Translations under genes and position numbers: made by a program
The notes under the pieces: model-generated
What the model was told of the DNA's origin: nothing
The model's database searches: none
The model's input: the letters and a program-made list of their open reading frames with translations, nothing else
In this document: in pieces, positions 10,363 through 19,497 of the stretch
Numbering within the stretch: position 1 is the stretch's first letter
Layout of the letters: every line of letters starts with the position of its first letter
Source: Candidatus Nanoarchaeia archaeon
GTDB lineage: Archaea; Nanobdellota; Nanobdellia; Woesearchaeales; GW2011-AR4
DNA length: 64,000 bases
NCBI GenBank assembly: GCA_035293285.1
Contig: DATDOM010000082.1
Span: 422 to 64,421 of the forward strand
Direction of reading: 5' to 3'

Positions 10363-12306
10363 ATGTTTATAAAACAAGTTGCAAAAAGTAATGTTATGCT
10401 TAAAGACAAGAAGGCAAAGCTGAAAGTAAATGCAAGGCAAAAAGTCCTGATTGATACTATAAACATAGCACTAAAGCCAATTGAAAAGTCTTATCGGCTT
10501 ATCAAGGCAGGGACTTTAAAGGCAAAAGACAAGTTTCCTTCGGTTTACAACTATTTTGAAAGAATTGTAGACCAGCACATAGTTTCAGCAAGCAGGGACT
10601 TGTTCAAGACAAAATCCATAGATTTGGATATAATTACAACAAATGTAATGAAAAGGCTGCCCCACACAGACGAGTCCCAAATCCAGAGCATCCTAAACGA
10701 TCCGTCCAAAAAATCGTTCCTTGAAATCCTGACCAAAGGTTTTGGCATAAGCAGGGAAAAAAGCTACTCGGTCCTCAAAGAGCAGGGGTTCAAAAGAATC
10801 CTGATTGCAAACAGGGGGGAAATTGCATTAAGAGTCATCAGGGCTTGCAGGGAGCTTGGAATTGAAAGCGCTGTAGTTTACTCTGATGAGGAAAAAGACT
10901 CACTTGTTGTGAAGTTTGCAGACAAGTCATTTAACCTTGGAAAGTCAAAAAATTACCTAAACATCAAGAAAATTGTCGAGATTGCAAAAAAGGCAGAATG
11001 CGATGCAATACACCCAGGATATGGATTTTTGTCCCAAAATCCCAAGTTTGCAAAGCTTTGCGAGAAAAACAAAATCAAGTTCATCGGCCCAAGCTCAAAG
11101 ATGATTGAAAGGCTTGGAGATAAGATTGAGGCAAAAAAAGCGATGCAAAAGGCAAATGTTCCGGTAATTGAAGGATTCAAGGAAGACCTTAAAAATGAGC
11201 ATCAGGCGCTAAAAGTTGCACTCCGAATCGGGTTTCCAGTCATACTGAAAGCATCAGCAGGAGGAGGCGGAAAAGGAATGAGAATTGTCACAAAAGAAGG
11301 TGACGTGATTGAAGCGTACAAAAGCGCCAATAATGAGGCGATAAATGCATTTGGAGACGGCTCATTATATATAGAAAGGTACATAGAAGACCCAAGGCAT
11401 ATTGAGTTTCAGATACTTGCAGACCAGCACGGGAATGTCATACACCTTGGAGAAAGGGACTGCAGCATCCAAAGAAGGCATCAAAAGCTGATTGAAGAAT
11501 CACCAAGCCCTGCACTTAATGAAGAATTAAGAAATGTGATGGGAACTGCAGCAGTAACTGCTGTCAAGGCAATTGGCTATGAAGGCGCCGGAACAATTGA
11601 GTTTTTGCTTGACAAAAGCCGGAACTTCTATTTTATTGAAATGAACACAAGAATACAGGTTGAGCACGGCGTCACCGAGATGGTTACAAATGTAGACCTT
11701 GTCAAAGAGCAGATAAAGCTTGCAGAAGGCGCGGTTTTGGCATACAGGCAAGAAGACATCAAGATTGAAGGCCACGCTATTGAATGCAGGATAAATGCAG
11801 AAGACCCTTCCAATAATTTCACGCCATCGCCAGGAACAATTGTGAATTATCTTCCTCCAGGCGGCCCTGGCATAAGGATAAGCAGTTCTGCGCATTCAGG
11901 GTTTACAATACTCCCTCATTTTGATTCGCTTATTGCGCTTTTAATCTGCCACGGAAAGACAAGGCAGGAGGCGATAATAAGGATGAAAAGGTCACTTGAC
12001 GAGTATATAATAGAGGGAGTCAAGACAACAATACCTTTCAATAAACTTGTTTTAAACAAAAGGGCTTTTGTCAAAGGCAATATTACGACTTCTTTCATTG
12101 AAAACAACAAAATTATGGAAACTTTGCTGGACTCAAAAGTCAAAAAAGAAGAAATCACAAAAGAAGCGAAGATACTTGTAGTGACAACTGCAGTTTCACA
12201 GTACCTTACAAAAAAACAGCAGATTGCAGGGCAAAAAGGCAAAATAAGCCCGTGGGTTCTTGCGGCAAGGCAGGACTCGATGAAAGAAGGGAATTTGGGA
12301 GAATAA
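10363..12306 (+). CDS. accC: Biotin carboxylase (acetyl/propionyl-CoA carboxylase BC subunit) with an N-terminal extension
   Basis: Canonical BC core from FKRILIANRGEIALRVIRACRELGIE through GGGGKGMRIV, EMNTRIQVEHGVTE and ECRINAEDP. The only in-frame starts upstream of the core are 10363 and ATG 10648, so an extension of about 40-140 aa is unavoidable. No biotinyl (AMKM) domain. Confidence 0.85.
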   Translation: MFIKQVAKSNVMLKDKKAKLKVNARQKVLIDTINIALKPIEKSYRLIKAGTLKAKDKFPSVYNYFERIVDQHIVSASRDLFKTKSIDLDIITTNVMKRLPHTDESQIQSILNDPSKKSFLEILTKGFGISREKSYSVLKEQGFKRILIANRGEIALRVIRACRELGIESAVVYSDEEKDSLVVKFADKSFNLGKSKNYLNIKKIVEIAKKAECDAIHPGYGFLSQNPKFAKLCEKNKIKFIGPSSKMIERLGDKIEAKKAMQKANVPVIEGFKEDLKNEHQALKVALRIGFPVILKASAGGGGKGMRIVTKEGDVIEAYKSANNEAINAFGDGSLYIERYIEDPRHIEFQILADQHGNVIHLGERDCSIQRRHQKLIEESPSPALNEELRNVMGTAAVTAVKAIGYEGAGTIEFLLDKSRNFYFIEMNTRIQVEHGVTEMVTNVDLVKEQIKLAEGAVLAYRQEDIKIEGHAIECRINAEDPSNNFTPSPGTIVNYLPPGGPGIRISSSAHSGFTILPHFDSLIALLICHGKTRQEAIIRMKRSLDEYIIEGVKTTIPFNKLVLNKRAFVKGNITTSFIENNKIMETLLDSKVKKEEITKEAKILVVTTAVSQYLTKKQQIAGQKGKISPWVLAARQDSMKEGNLGE

Positions 12307-12316
12307 TTTAATCTAA

Positions 12317-12652
12317 ATGGATGAAAAAGAAAAAAACTCTAATAATAGAAAATTAGCTAAAAGTAACTATCTCCCTTTTAAATTTGATGAAAGAGGCAAA
12401 AATAAAGAAATCCTTCAACAAGAATACGATAAGCATTTGGCTATTTATACTGGATTGTGGGTATCAGCAATAATTATTTTTCTTGATTTAGTTGATGATC
12501 TCTTTAAGTTTTTTGAATATCCGACTCAAGCCATTATTTGGATAAAATCTATGGTGTTAATAATTATTGTTTGGGGAGCTTATATAAAATATGAATGGAT
12601 AAGAGATCGAAAAACATTTCTCTCAAGTATCAAATGGAAGCAGGATAAATAG
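12317..12652 (+). CDS. Small membrane protein, unknown function
   Basis: 111-aa ORF with two hydrophobic helices, located between accC and birA. No recognisable motif. Confidence 0.4.
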   Translation: MDEKEKNSNNRKLAKSNYLPFKFDERGKNKEILQQEYDKHLAIYTGLWVSAIIIFLDLVDDLFKFFEYPTQAIIWIKSMVLIIIVWGAYIKYEWIRDRKTFLSSIKWKQDK

Positions 12653-12691
12653 TTTAATTCTATGAAAATAATATACTGAAATTCAAAACAT

Positions 12692-13459
12692 ATGTCGAGA
12701 ATGAAGCAAAACTCAGAAAAGTTTTACAATGGGATGTCTAAATTAAAGATCCATCATTTTAAATCCCTATCTTCAACACAGGACAAAGCAAAAGAATATA
12801 CCAAGAAAGGATTAAGTAATTTGGTTGTTGTTTCAGAAGTGCAGACAAAGTCGCGTGGCCGCCTTAACAGAAAATGGGTTTCGTCAAAAGGTGGCTTGTG
12901 GATATCGATACTTGTAAAACCAAAAAATATTGAGAAGCTGCAGTACCTGACTTTTGCCGCAGCTGTTTCGGTCCAGAAATCAATCAGGAAAATTGCCAAA
13001 ATTGATGCAAAAATAAAGTGGCCAAATGATGTCCATTACAAAGGGAAAAAGATCGGCGGCATCCTGACAGAAGGAATTTTTGGAAAGGAAAATCATGTGA
13101 TTGTCGGCATTGGGCTGAATGTGAACCAGACAAAGTTTCCTTCTGAAATAAAGAATCTCGCTACTTCGCTTAAGATAATTGCAAAGAAAAGCTTTGATAT
13201 GAAAAAACTGGAAAAGAATATTGTGAAGGATTTTTTTAATATTTTTAATTCATGTTACAATAATGGAAAGTTTGATAAAATTTTGGCATTGTGGAAGGAC
13301 CATTGCGATACTCTTGATAAGGATGTTGAGGCAACGACAAGAAAAGGGAAAATAAGCGGCTTTGTTTCTGGTGTTGATAATGACTGCAATCTTTTGCTTA
13401 AGTTAAAGACAGGAGAAATTATGAAAATTGCAGAAGGAGATATCAAAGTGAGATATTAG
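12692..13459 (+). CDS. birA: Biotin-[acetyl-CoA-carboxylase] ligase (BirA catalytic domain, no HTH)
   Basis: GRGRxGRxW-type motif SRGRLNRKWVSSKGGLWISIL, KIKWPNDV, GILTEG. The start could instead be the internal MSKLKI. Confidence 0.8.
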   Translation: MSRMKQNSEKFYNGMSKLKIHHFKSLSSTQDKAKEYTKKGLSNLVVVSEVQTKSRGRLNRKWVSSKGGLWISILVKPKNIEKLQYLTFAAAVSVQKSIRKIAKIDAKIKWPNDVHYKGKKIGGILTEGIFGKENHVIVGIGLNVNQTKFPSEIKNLATSLKIIAKKSFDMKKLEKNIVKDFFNIFNSCYNNGKFDKILALWKDHCDTLDKDVEATTRKGKISGFVSGVDNDCNLLLKLKTGEIMKIAEGDIKVRY

Positions 13460-13854
13460 CCGGTTTTGAGCTTATTTTTTACACTTTCCGGAATTTTTGT
13501 CGATTTCATTTCTTTTGAATCAACAAAAACATTGACTGTATGGCCAGTAACGAGCAGCTTCACTCCATCTTTTTTGAAAAGTTTGTATTCAAATTTAATG
13601 CTTTTCTCCTTGATTTCCGCGATTGAAGTCTCAAGCAAAAGCAAATCGTCGTATCTTGCCGGCGCAAGATAATTACAGTGAACTTCGACCACAGGAACAA
13701 GTATTCCTTTTGACTGAAGTGAATTATAGTCTATTTCAAGATTTCTAAACAGCTCTCTTCGTCCTGATTCAAACCATTTCAGATAGTTTGCATAGTAAAC
13801 TACCCCTCCCGCGTCGGTGTCTGCATATATTACCCTGTGTTCTGTCTCGTGCAT
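13456..13854 (-). CDS. Acyl-CoA thioesterase, 4HBT/YbgC family (hotdog fold)
   Basis: HRVIYADTDAGGVVYYANYLKWFE N-terminal signature. Size is 132 aa. Confidence 0.75.
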   Translation of the reverse strand: MHETEHRVIYADTDAGGVVYYANYLKWFESGRRELFRNLEIDYNSLQSKGILVPVVEVHCNYLAPARYDDLLLLETSIAEIKEKSIKFEYKLFKKDGVKLLVTGHTVNVFVDSKEMKSTKIPESVKNKLKTG

Positions 13855-13918
13855 AGGACAAAGAAAATAAAATCTGTTTATATTAATTGCTAATCACCAA
13901 TAGCATTAAAAATATCGG

Positions 13919-14965
13919 ATGTTTCCGGAATTTATGTTTGACCAAGCGGCAAAAAAACTCATTGAAAGCCTTAATGCACAGAATGATTTTTCCGAGGAGT
14001 ATCCTAAATTTTCTTCGGAAGATTACCTGCCTTTCAAGATAGAAAAAAAGAATTTTCATGAAATAAAAGAGGATTGGACTGATAAAACTGTGGCTTTTGT
14101 TGACGGCGGCAGCGCTGAAATAGTGGGCTCGGCAAATTTCTCGCTCAATATTATACGCATCTGTTTTGTATGCTATAAAGGCAATAAGAAAATCATTCAC
14201 GGGAAAAAGGAATTTCTCCTGCTTGTAAATGCAGAGAATAAAGATGGGGAGATATCCTACAAATCCTCGTTTTTTGGAGACGGCGCAGACCTGAGCGAAT
14301 TGTCTTTTAGCTCTTTTGACAAAACTCTGATGAAAGGGGTAAACAGGGCCGAGATTGGAAGCATTGCAAATGCAGTGAGGAGATTTTCAGAACTTCTCCT
14401 TGCAAAATCAATGAGCGACGGGAAAAAAGCTGATATAATAGTTCTTGACGGAAACCTCCAATGCACATTGACAAACGAGAAAAAATACATGGATTCTTTG
14501 CAAAAATCATGCAGTGAAAATGGAGTTGTGCTTTCAGCGCTTGCAAAGACTAGCTCATTATTCACGGACAAGGGAAACATACTTACCTCTGCAATTGCTA
14601 GCGCCGGAGAAAAGGGGCTATGGTTTTACAATCCTGTTGCCGAAATAAAATCTCCCAGCCACAAGGCAGAAATGTATTTTGCAAAGCTCCACGAGAATTC
14701 AAGGCATGTTTTCAGACTTGAAGTTTATAATGAGCAAAAAAAATATGCCTTTGATGTAATAAGTGCAGTAGCTTCAAGCTGCAATGACGCGGTTTTTGTC
14801 GGATATCCCTACGGGCTTGTCGAGGCTGACAGGGCGGCACGTGTGACAAACCAAGAAAAAGAATCAATGAAAACTGTTTTTCTTGGAAAGCTTAAAGGAA
14901 ATGATATTTCCAAATACATAAACTCAAAAAACGCCCATGAAATTCTTGACAGGATAAGCTTCTGA
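13919..14965 (+). CDS. nurA: NurA-like 5'-3' nuclease domain protein
   Basis: NurA-type acidic motifs VAFVDGGSAEIVG and IIVLDGNL with an archaeal-typical size. No adjacent herA. Confidence 0.5.
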   Translation: MFPEFMFDQAAKKLIESLNAQNDFSEEYPKFSSEDYLPFKIEKKNFHEIKEDWTDKTVAFVDGGSAEIVGSANFSLNIIRICFVCYKGNKKIIHGKKEFLLLVNAENKDGEISYKSSFFGDGADLSELSFSSFDKTLMKGVNRAEIGSIANAVRRFSELLLAKSMSDGKKADIIVLDGNLQCTLTNEKKYMDSLQKSCSENGVVLSALAKTSSLFTDKGNILTSAIASAGEKGLWFYNPVAEIKSPSHKAEMYFAKLHENSRHVFRLEVYNEQKKYAFDVISAVASSCNDAVFVGYPYGLVEADRAARVTNQEKESMKTVFLGKLKGNDISKYINSKNAHEILDRISF

Positions 14966-14968
14966 TTT

Positions 14969-15994
14969 TTGACAAAGTTTATATATTATATTTTTAAAAT
15001 TAGCAAAATGGTTTGGAATTGGCTGAGCGCAAAGCTTAATTTTAAAGGAAAGAAGCGTGTAGAAGATTACATCAGGAACGTCGAGTCTCTTGAACACAGA
15101 GATAGAAAGAATTCTGAGTATATAAGAAATTACTTGTCCCAGGTAGAAGCAGAGTTTTACAAAAAAAGGGCCATAATCAGGCTCGTTACAATAAAAAAGT
15201 TCAAGCCATATATGACACCTCAAAGGCTGGCCAATGAGATAGAAGACCGGATTAGAGTACAAAATGATAAACTGAGGGATATGAAAGAGTTATTTGAAAC
15301 AGAGCGCAATAAGATTGCAGATATAGTGACAAGCCCTTACAAAAAAGAAAATGAGTTTTTTATTTCATTTTCGGCCGGACTCGGGGAATGTGCTGGTGTT
15401 GTAGAGGTTTATCAAACAAAACTCAAAAGCCAGACTGATTTACTCACTTCAAATAAATTTCCCGATTTTGAAGCAAAAAAAGAAATTTGGAATGAGGTCC
15501 CGGAGATAAGTCTGTTGCATAAAAATTATGAAAAACTGGTTGGCCCGGAAGAAGTATTACACATTAAAGCTGATTCCATGAAACGGCAAAAAGCGATATT
15601 TGACAAATATGGAGAGGAGATAGAGAAATTAATAAAAGAGTTGCAGAGCTCCATAGATTCCAACGTTTCTTATAAATTTCCTTATATATCCGGCCTGAGC
15701 GGCGAGCCTCTTAAAAAAGGCGATGCTAAAGAGGCTAGTACATCCACTAAAAGTTATTATAATGTGAATGGAGTCCTGTTGGAAACAGAAGAAATTAAAA
15801 GAAGATGCAAGTCGTTTAATGAAAAACATTACCAATTGATAGGTCTTATTTCAGGATTAACTCATTCATTCGGCTGGACCGGAGAGTATTACAAAGAAGA
15901 AGTAGCTGAGTTTGAAAGGAAGCTGGGAGTTTTTACAAAAATCAAGGAAGGGTACGCTGCGTGCTACGGGGGATTTTTTTATCTGTCTAATTAA
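14969..15994 (+). CDS. Hypothetical coiled-coil protein
   Basis: 341-aa ORF, charged and coiled-coil rich. Alternative start MVWNW at 15008. No recognisable domain. Confidence 0.45.
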   Translation: MTKFIYYIFKISKMVWNWLSAKLNFKGKKRVEDYIRNVESLEHRDRKNSEYIRNYLSQVEAEFYKKRAIIRLVTIKKFKPYMTPQRLANEIEDRIRVQNDKLRDMKELFETERNKIADIVTSPYKKENEFFISFSAGLGECAGVVEVYQTKLKSQTDLLTSNKFPDFEAKKEIWNEVPEISLLHKNYEKLVGPEEVLHIKADSMKRQKAIFDKYGEEIEKLIKELQSSIDSNVSYKFPYISGLSGEPLKKGDAKEASTSTKSYYNVNGVLLETEEIKRRCKSFNEKHYQLIGLISGLTHSFGWTGEYYKEEVAEFERKLGVFTKIKEGYAACYGGFFYLSN

Positions 15995-16033
15995 AACAAT
16001 AATTATTTATACCATCAATCTTGGTTTGTTTTC

Positions 16034-17017
16034 ATGTTTGATGTAATAACTGTCGGCAGCGCAACGCTTGATGTATTTGCCAAGACAAAGTTTTCTGAGC
16101 TTATCAAGATAATTGACCCGAAAGGCGAGACTGACCTTTTGGCATATCCAAGCGGCTCAAAAATCCTGATTGAGGAGCTTGAATTCAGCTCAGGAGGCGG
16201 CGGGACTAACACTGCTGTGGCGTTTTCAAGGCTTGGGCATAAAGTCGGATTCATAGGAAAGCTTGGCGAAGGAACCAATTCAGAATTCGTGCACAAAAGC
16301 CTCAGAAAAGAAAAAGTCAATTTACTCTGCTCCCACGGAAAAGGCCACATAGGCTATTCCATAATTCTTGACAACCTTGAGCACGACAGGACAATACTGA
16401 CTTACAAGGGGATAAATGACCAGTTGCACCACGACGATGTGCCTTTTAAAAAGCTGAAGACAAAATGGTTTTATTTTTGCTCAATGATGAATGAGTCATT
16501 TCATACAATGGAAAATCTTGCGGAGTTTGCGGAAAAAAACAGAATCAAGATTGCGTTCAACCCAAGCTCTTACCTTACTGAAAAAGGACCTACATTCTTA
16601 AAAAATATACTCTCAAGGACAGAACTTTTGATATTAAACAAGGAAGAAGCGTGCATGCTTGGAGGAAAGCTCCCTGTAAAAGAACTGATGCTGAGCCTCA
16701 GAAAGCTTGGCCCAAAGACCGTTGTCGTGACTGACGGCAAAAATGAGATTTATGCGATGCATAATGGATTCATTTATTCTGCAAAGCCCAAAAAAATCAA
16801 GGTTGTCGACCCAACAGGAGCAGGCGACGCATTTGCAGCTTCATTTTTGTCAGGGATGATGAAGAGAAATGATGTAGAGTTTGCAATGAATCTTGGGGTT
16901 GTGAATGCCCAGTCAGTAGTTTCTTATTATGGAGCTAAAAATATCCTGCTTACTTTCGGTGAAGCAGTGAAGGCAATGAAAAAAAGCAACCTCAAGGTCA
17001 GTAAAAAGAAAATTTAA
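16034..17017 (+). CDS. PfkB-family carbohydrate/nucleoside kinase
   Basis: N-terminal GGGGTN di-Gly region and the C-terminal DPTGAGDAFAASFLSG signature. Confidence 0.8.
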   Translation: MFDVITVGSATLDVFAKTKFSELIKIIDPKGETDLLAYPSGSKILIEELEFSSGGGGTNTAVAFSRLGHKVGFIGKLGEGTNSEFVHKSLRKEKVNLLCSHGKGHIGYSIILDNLEHDRTILTYKGINDQLHHDDVPFKKLKTKWFYFCSMMNESFHTMENLAEFAEKNRIKIAFNPSSYLTEKGPTFLKNILSRTELLILNKEEACMLGGKLPVKELMLSLRKLGPKTVVVTDGKNEIYAMHNGFIYSAKPKKIKVVDPTGAGDAFAASFLSGMMKRNDVEFAMNLGVVNAQSVVSYYGAKNILLTFGEAVKAMKKSNLKVSKKKI

Positions 17018-17022
17018 TTTAA

Positions 17023-17328
17023 TTATCCCAAGGAAACAAAGATTTCTCCGTTTTCGACTTTTACCTTGTAACAGGAAACTCTTGCAGGCATTAACGGGCT
17101 TTCTCCAGTCCTTACATTAAACTGCCAGCCGTGCAGGGGGCAAGTTACAATTTCATCTTCAAGAATTCCTTCTCCCAAGGGGCCGTTTCTGTGCGGGCAT
17201 GAATTTGAAATTGCATAGACATCTCCGTCAACGCTGAAAAGCGCAACTTCTTCCCCATTTACATTTACTACCAACCCTTTTCCGGGGTTAAGGTCATTTT
17301 CGTTTGCAACTTTCACAAAATTTTCCAT
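17023..17328 (-). CDS. Rieske [2Fe-2S] ferredoxin-like protein (NirD-like)
   Basis: CPHRNGPL ... CPLHGWQF (CxH / CxxH Rieske ligands). Size is 101 aa. Confidence 0.8.
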   Translation of the reverse strand: MENFVKVANENDLNPGKGLVVNVNGEEVALFSVDGDVYAISNSCPHRNGPLGEGILEDEIVTCPLHGWQFNVRTGESPLMPARVSCYKVKVENGEIFVSLG

Positions 17329-17371
17329 ACTGTTTTGAAACAGGCTGAGTTATTTAATTATATCTATTAAG

Positions 17372-17535
17372 GCTCCGTCCTAAATCTCGCATTCGCTCGG
17401 GTTATTGCCAAGCTCGGTTTTCGCAATTCAAATCGTGGGCTGACATTTCCCGTATGGAGCAACCCCTTTGTCAGCTTTTCATCCGTAGAAATCATGGCCT
17501 CGCAAAAAGGCAATAACCTACATTTAGGACGGAGC
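17372..17535. mobile_element. MITE-like non-autonomous element (164 bp) with perfect 14-bp TIRs and an 11-bp target-site duplication
   Basis: TIR GCTCCGTCCTAAAT (17372-17385) and ATTTAGGACGGAGC (17522-17535). Flanking direct repeat TATCTATTAAG at 17361-17371 and 17536-17546. Internal inverted repeat GGTTATTGCC/GGCAATAACC. No coding capacity. Confidence 0.8.
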
Positions 17536-17551
17536 TATCTATTAAGAAAAC

Positions 17552-17559
17552 TTTAAATA
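17552..17559 (+). promoter_or_regulatory. TATA box (TTTAAATA) for the first pilin gene
   Basis: The TTTAAATA motif recurs upstream of many genes in this window. Here it lies about 50 nt before the ATG, with an AGAGGTG Shine-Dalgarno sequence in between. Confidence 0.4.
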
Positions 17560-17610
17560 TCAGCTGGCCAATAATACACTCAATGGTTGATTCTAAAAGA
17601 GGTGTGTTAG

Positions 17611-18063
17611 ATGAAATTTTTCATTTTTCAGAATAATAAGTCGCAGGCTGCAATGGAATTCCTGATGGCTTACGGCTGGGCCATTTTGGTTGTTTTAGTC
17701 GCTATCGGCGCTTTAGCTTATTTTGGGGTTTTAAGCCCTCAGAAGTTTTTGCCTGAAAGGTGCATTCTTGAGTCAGGTTTTAGCTGTGTAAGCCATAAAG
17801 TTGAGCCTTCCAGGATAACGCTCATCATTTCAAATGCCAAGGGAAGGGATATTACAATTACAAACATAAAAGTTGCAGACTGCGAGTCTGGCCTTTCGCA
17901 GGATTTGGCAAATGGTGCGCAGAGCTCGTTTACAGTAGGCGGGTCCTGCAGCAACGGAATACAAAAAGAAAGATTTGACGGCGAAATATCCATAAGCTAT
18001 ACTGAAAAGGACACTGGCCTTACAAAGACTGCCTTTGGAAACCTAAATACCAAAATAGAGTAA
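17611..18063 (+). CDS. Archaeal type IV pilin-like protein (class III signal peptide, DUF361/EppA-type)
   Basis: N-terminus NNKS/QAAMEFLMAYGWAILVVLVAIGALAYFG with Q at +1 and E at +5 after the predicted cleavage site. Confidence 0.75.
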   Translation: MKFFIFQNNKSQAAMEFLMAYGWAILVVLVAIGALAYFGVLSPQKFLPERCILESGFSCVSHKVEPSRITLIISNAKGRDITITNIKVADCESGLSQDLANGAQSSFTVGGSCSNGIQKERFDGEISISYTEKDTGLTKTAFGNLNTKIE

Positions 18064-18130
18064 AAAACAGTTAAATTTAAATAGAGGCCATTCCAAGAAT
18101 ACATAATTAAAATCAAATGAGGTGAATTTA

Positions 18131-18565
18131 ATGATGAACAGAAAGTCACAAGCAGCCCTTGAGTTCATAATGACTTATGGTTGGGCCATTCTTGTTGTTT
18201 TAGTCGCTATCGGCGCATTAGCTTATTTTGGGGTTTTAAGCCCGGACAGATTTTTACCGAATAAATGCACACTGCAGTCTGGAATTGCGTGCACTGACTT
18301 CAAGGCAACTTCTGGAAGTGTAATTGTACATATAACAAACTCACTTGGACAGGACCTTGATACAGTAGTTATCGGTGCTGGCGACTGCGGAAATTCAGGT
18401 GCCGGAGTAACATTGGCAAACGGCGCATCGTCGACGTTTACAGTGACTTGCAACCCAGTATTGACCGGAAGCAAGTATAATGCGCAATTAAACGTATCTT
18501 ATGTTGTAACTGACACATCAGTTTCGCACAACAACGTAGGACAGATAACGGCAAGGCTTGAGTAA
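18131..18565 (+). CDS. Archaeal type IV pilin-like protein, tandem paralog
   Basis: MMNRKS/QAALEFIMTYGWAILVVLVAIGALAYFG. ATG 18131 preferred over GTG 18122 because the GAGGTG Shine-Dalgarno sequence lies just upstream. Confidence 0.75.
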   Translation: MMNRKSQAALEFIMTYGWAILVVLVAIGALAYFGVLSPDRFLPNKCTLQSGIACTDFKATSGSVIVHITNSLGQDLDTVVIGAGDCGNSGAGVTLANGASSTFTVTCNPVLTGSKYNAQLNVSYVVTDTSVSHNNVGQITARLE

Positions 18566-18594
18566 AGCTTTTGTTTTTTTCTTTATTTTCTTTC

Positions 18595-19023
18595 TTATTT
18601 TTTCTTGAAATCCATTAGATTAAGCCCTATAGAATCATTGTAAGTCCTGCCTATGTTTGCATTTAATTTAACCAGGAAGATTTCGCAGGCTGCAGATATT
18701 TTTCCTTCCTTAAGGTGGCCTGCTATCAGGTTCATTTTGTTGTCAGAAAGTGATATGTGGCAGTGCAGATAAGGTTTATTGCCCATATTTGTAATGTTGC
18801 CGTTAAGGCTTATGATTTCAAGCGGCTTTTTGAATAATTTTGAAGTGTATTTCCTGCTTTCAACTGTGTAATGCGCAAGCTCAGCTTCATCCAATGCTCC
18901 AAGGCCTGAAAAATAGCCGCACTTGATTTTTTGGGAAGTGCAAAATTCTTTGAGTGTTTCAATTATTTTTTCGCCGCGCCCAATGCTTATGATAAAAGTG
19001 TTTCCTGATTTTTTGAATTTCAT
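18595..19023 (-). CDS. PPC/DUF296 (PD1-like) domain protein
   Basis: ORF trimmed to MKFKKSGNTF..., which abuts the upstream stop at 19026. GYFSGLGALDEAELAHY and HCHISLSD resemble DUF296. Confidence 0.5.
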   Translation of the reverse strand: MKFKKSGNTFIISIGRGEKIIETLKEFCTSQKIKCGYFSGLGALDEAELAHYTVESRKYTSKLFKKPLEIISLNGNITNMGNKPYLHCHISLSDNKMNLIAGHLKEGKISAACEIFLVKLNANIGRTYNDSIGLNLMDFKKK

Positions 19024-19025
19024 TT

Positions 19026-19466
19026 TTACTGCCCCCAGATAAAATACCATGACGCAAGTGCGATTATAGCATTTAAAATATAATAAAGCGGGATGTGGAA
19101 TTTCAAAATTTTTACCCAAGGGTACCATTTGACTTTTTCAGGATTCCAGTCTTTGAGCCTGAAAACTGGATTGACTACAAACCAGAAAAAATCTTCTATG
19201 ATTAATCCTGAAGAATATGCGCTTATCAGGATTCCAAAGAGTATTTTATCAAACCCGTAGATTACAAGAGGCAATGATAAAAGCAGAGGATACATCACAA
19301 CAAAAAGCCAGAAGTGATATGCAGTCAGTATGACTTTTCCCTTAAAATGTATTTTCCATCCAAGCTTACCCTTGTCCCATGCGTGCTTGCCCTCGACATA
19401 AGCTTCCCAGAAGGAATTTGCAACCATTGCAGCATAAACAATCAGAAATATTGGCAAAGCTTCCAT
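19026..19466 (-). CDS. Integral membrane protein, unknown function
   Basis: 146-aa ORF with 4 hydrophobic helices, rich in Trp and Tyr. Confidence 0.45.
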   Translation of the reverse strand: MEALPIFLIVYAAMVANSFWEAYVEGKHAWDKGKLGWKIHFKGKVILTAYHFWLFVVMYPLLLSLPLVIYGFDKILFGILISAYSSGLIIEDFFWFVVNPVFRLKDWNPEKVKWYPWVKILKFHIPLYYILNAIIALASWYFIWGQ

Positions 19467-19497
19467 AAAACACCTTGTTTGAAACTCATTTTTATTT

